From Vicugna vicugna (lineage: Eukaryota): a stretch of DNA of 64,000 nt. The translations under genes were made by a program, and so were the position numbers. Of the stretch, positions 62,850 to 64,000 are shown one piece after another (the stretch's first letter is position 1; each line of letters starts with the position of its first letter). The notes below the pieces were generated by a model that was given only the letters and a program-made list of their open reading frames with translations, was not told where the DNA came from and made no database searches. The stretch is from positions 12,980,184 through 13,044,183 of the forward strand of contig MU058844.1 of the NCBI GenBank assembly GCA_013265495.1. The letters are read 5' to 3'.

Positions 62850-62975
62850 GGGTGGGAAGGGTATAGCTCGGTGGTAGAGTGCCTAACATGCAGGAGGGCT
62901 TGGGTTCAATTCCCAGTAGACTCCATTAAATAAATAAATAATTGAACCTAATTACCTCACCCCATAAAAAAATTT
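62850..62975 (+). mobile_element. vic-1-like tRNA-Ala SINE (more diverged)
   Basis: GGGTATAGCTCGGTGGTAGAG...GGTTCAATTCCCAG...(TAAA)n AACCTAATTACCTCACCCC; flanked by AATTTCTTTA on both sides. Confidence 0.88.
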
Positions 62976-63360
62976 TTTTAATTTCTTTAAAAAAATGTTT
63001 TGAATGTTATTTTGTGCCAAATGCATGTTAGATACTGGGTACACTGTTTAAAATAGGGGGAAAATTCCCTTTCCTAATGAAGCCTATTGGAGGGAGGATA
63101 TATTTAACAAGTATTAAAACAGGTGCTGTGTGGGACACAAAAATGAGGAAAATGTTATTCGTGCTCTAAAGAAGCTTAAAACGTAGTACAATTAGTGTTA
63201 GAATTATGTATATAAGATGTTAATTGGCATAATTTAACTTTTCATATGACTGGTCTCATGGCACTAGTGTGAAGCTAAAAGGCTTTTTAGCTATGTTGGT
63301 GGTAGCTGGATTTGCTACTGCCAATCAGACTGGGTCCATGTTACTTTAATATGTGTACAT

Positions 63361-64000
63361 ATTTTTATCGAAATATAATTGACTTACAATATTATACTAG
63401 TTTCAGGTGTACAGTGTAGTGATTCAGTATTTTTTAAATGTTTTTTTCAGATTATACTCCATTAAAGGTTATTAAAAGATAATGGCTGTAATTCCCTGTG
63501 TTATATGATGTATCCTTCTTGCTTATCAATTTTATAAATAATAGTTTGTGTCTCTTAATCCTAAACCCTAATTTGCCCCTCCCCCCCGCTTCCCTTTGGT
63601 AACCATGAAGTTGTTTTCTATGTCTGTGAGTCTGTTTCTGCTTTGCATACACACTCATTTGTAGCATTTTTAAGATTCCATTCAGAAGCGGAACTATACA
63701 ATATTTTTTCTCTGACTTATTTTACTAAGCATAATATTCTCAAGATCCATCTATGTTGCTGCAAATGGCAGAATTTTATACTTTTTTATGGCTGAGCAAT
63801 ATTCCACTGTATATAGACATTCATCTGTTGATGGACATTTGGGTTGCTTCTATATCTTACCTATTATAAATAGTGCTGCTATGAACATTGGGGTGCATGT
63901 ATCTTTTTGAATTAGTATTTTCATTTTTTCCAGATATATGCCCAGGAGAGGAATTGCTGGATCATGTAGTAAATCTATTTTTAGTGTTTTGAGGAACCTC
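63361..64000 (-). mobile_element. Artiodactyl/camelid L1 3' region, continuing past the window end
   Basis: GTTTCAGGTGTACAGTGTAGTGATTCAG...CCCTTTGGTAACCATG...GTGCTGCTATGAACATTGGGGTGCATGTATC...TTTGAGGAACCTC. Confidence 0.92.

Overview
Mammalian intergenic or deep-intronic DNA, AT-rich and CpG-poor, with no protein-coding exon I can recognise. Four tRNA-Ala(AGC)-derived SINEs of the vic-1 type and two ~470-490 bp internally deleted Tigger1 copies point to a camelid (Artiodactyla) genome; this is an inference. The window is dominated by transposable elements: L1, L2, MIR, MaLR/ERVL/ERV1 solo LTRs and hAT/Tigger DNA transposons. Family names come from recalled consensus sequences, not a database search. 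The ORF track is essentially noise apart from decayed L1, L2 and transposase remnants. Most notable: (1) a fragmented but end-to-end ~2.3 kb pogo/Tigger (Zombi-like) fossil at 25954-30398, with MER46C-type termini, TA target duplications and a Jerky (JRK)-like DDD transposase remnant, split by three nested insertions; (2) an LTR-like promoter at ~30545-31255 carrying a 23-bp-period CCAAT (NF-Y) array, two octamers, a TATA box and a polyA signal; (3) a twin-primed inverted L1 inside an MLT1B; (4) a dense cluster of solo LTRs at 41.8-55 kb. I found no convincing new gene system.
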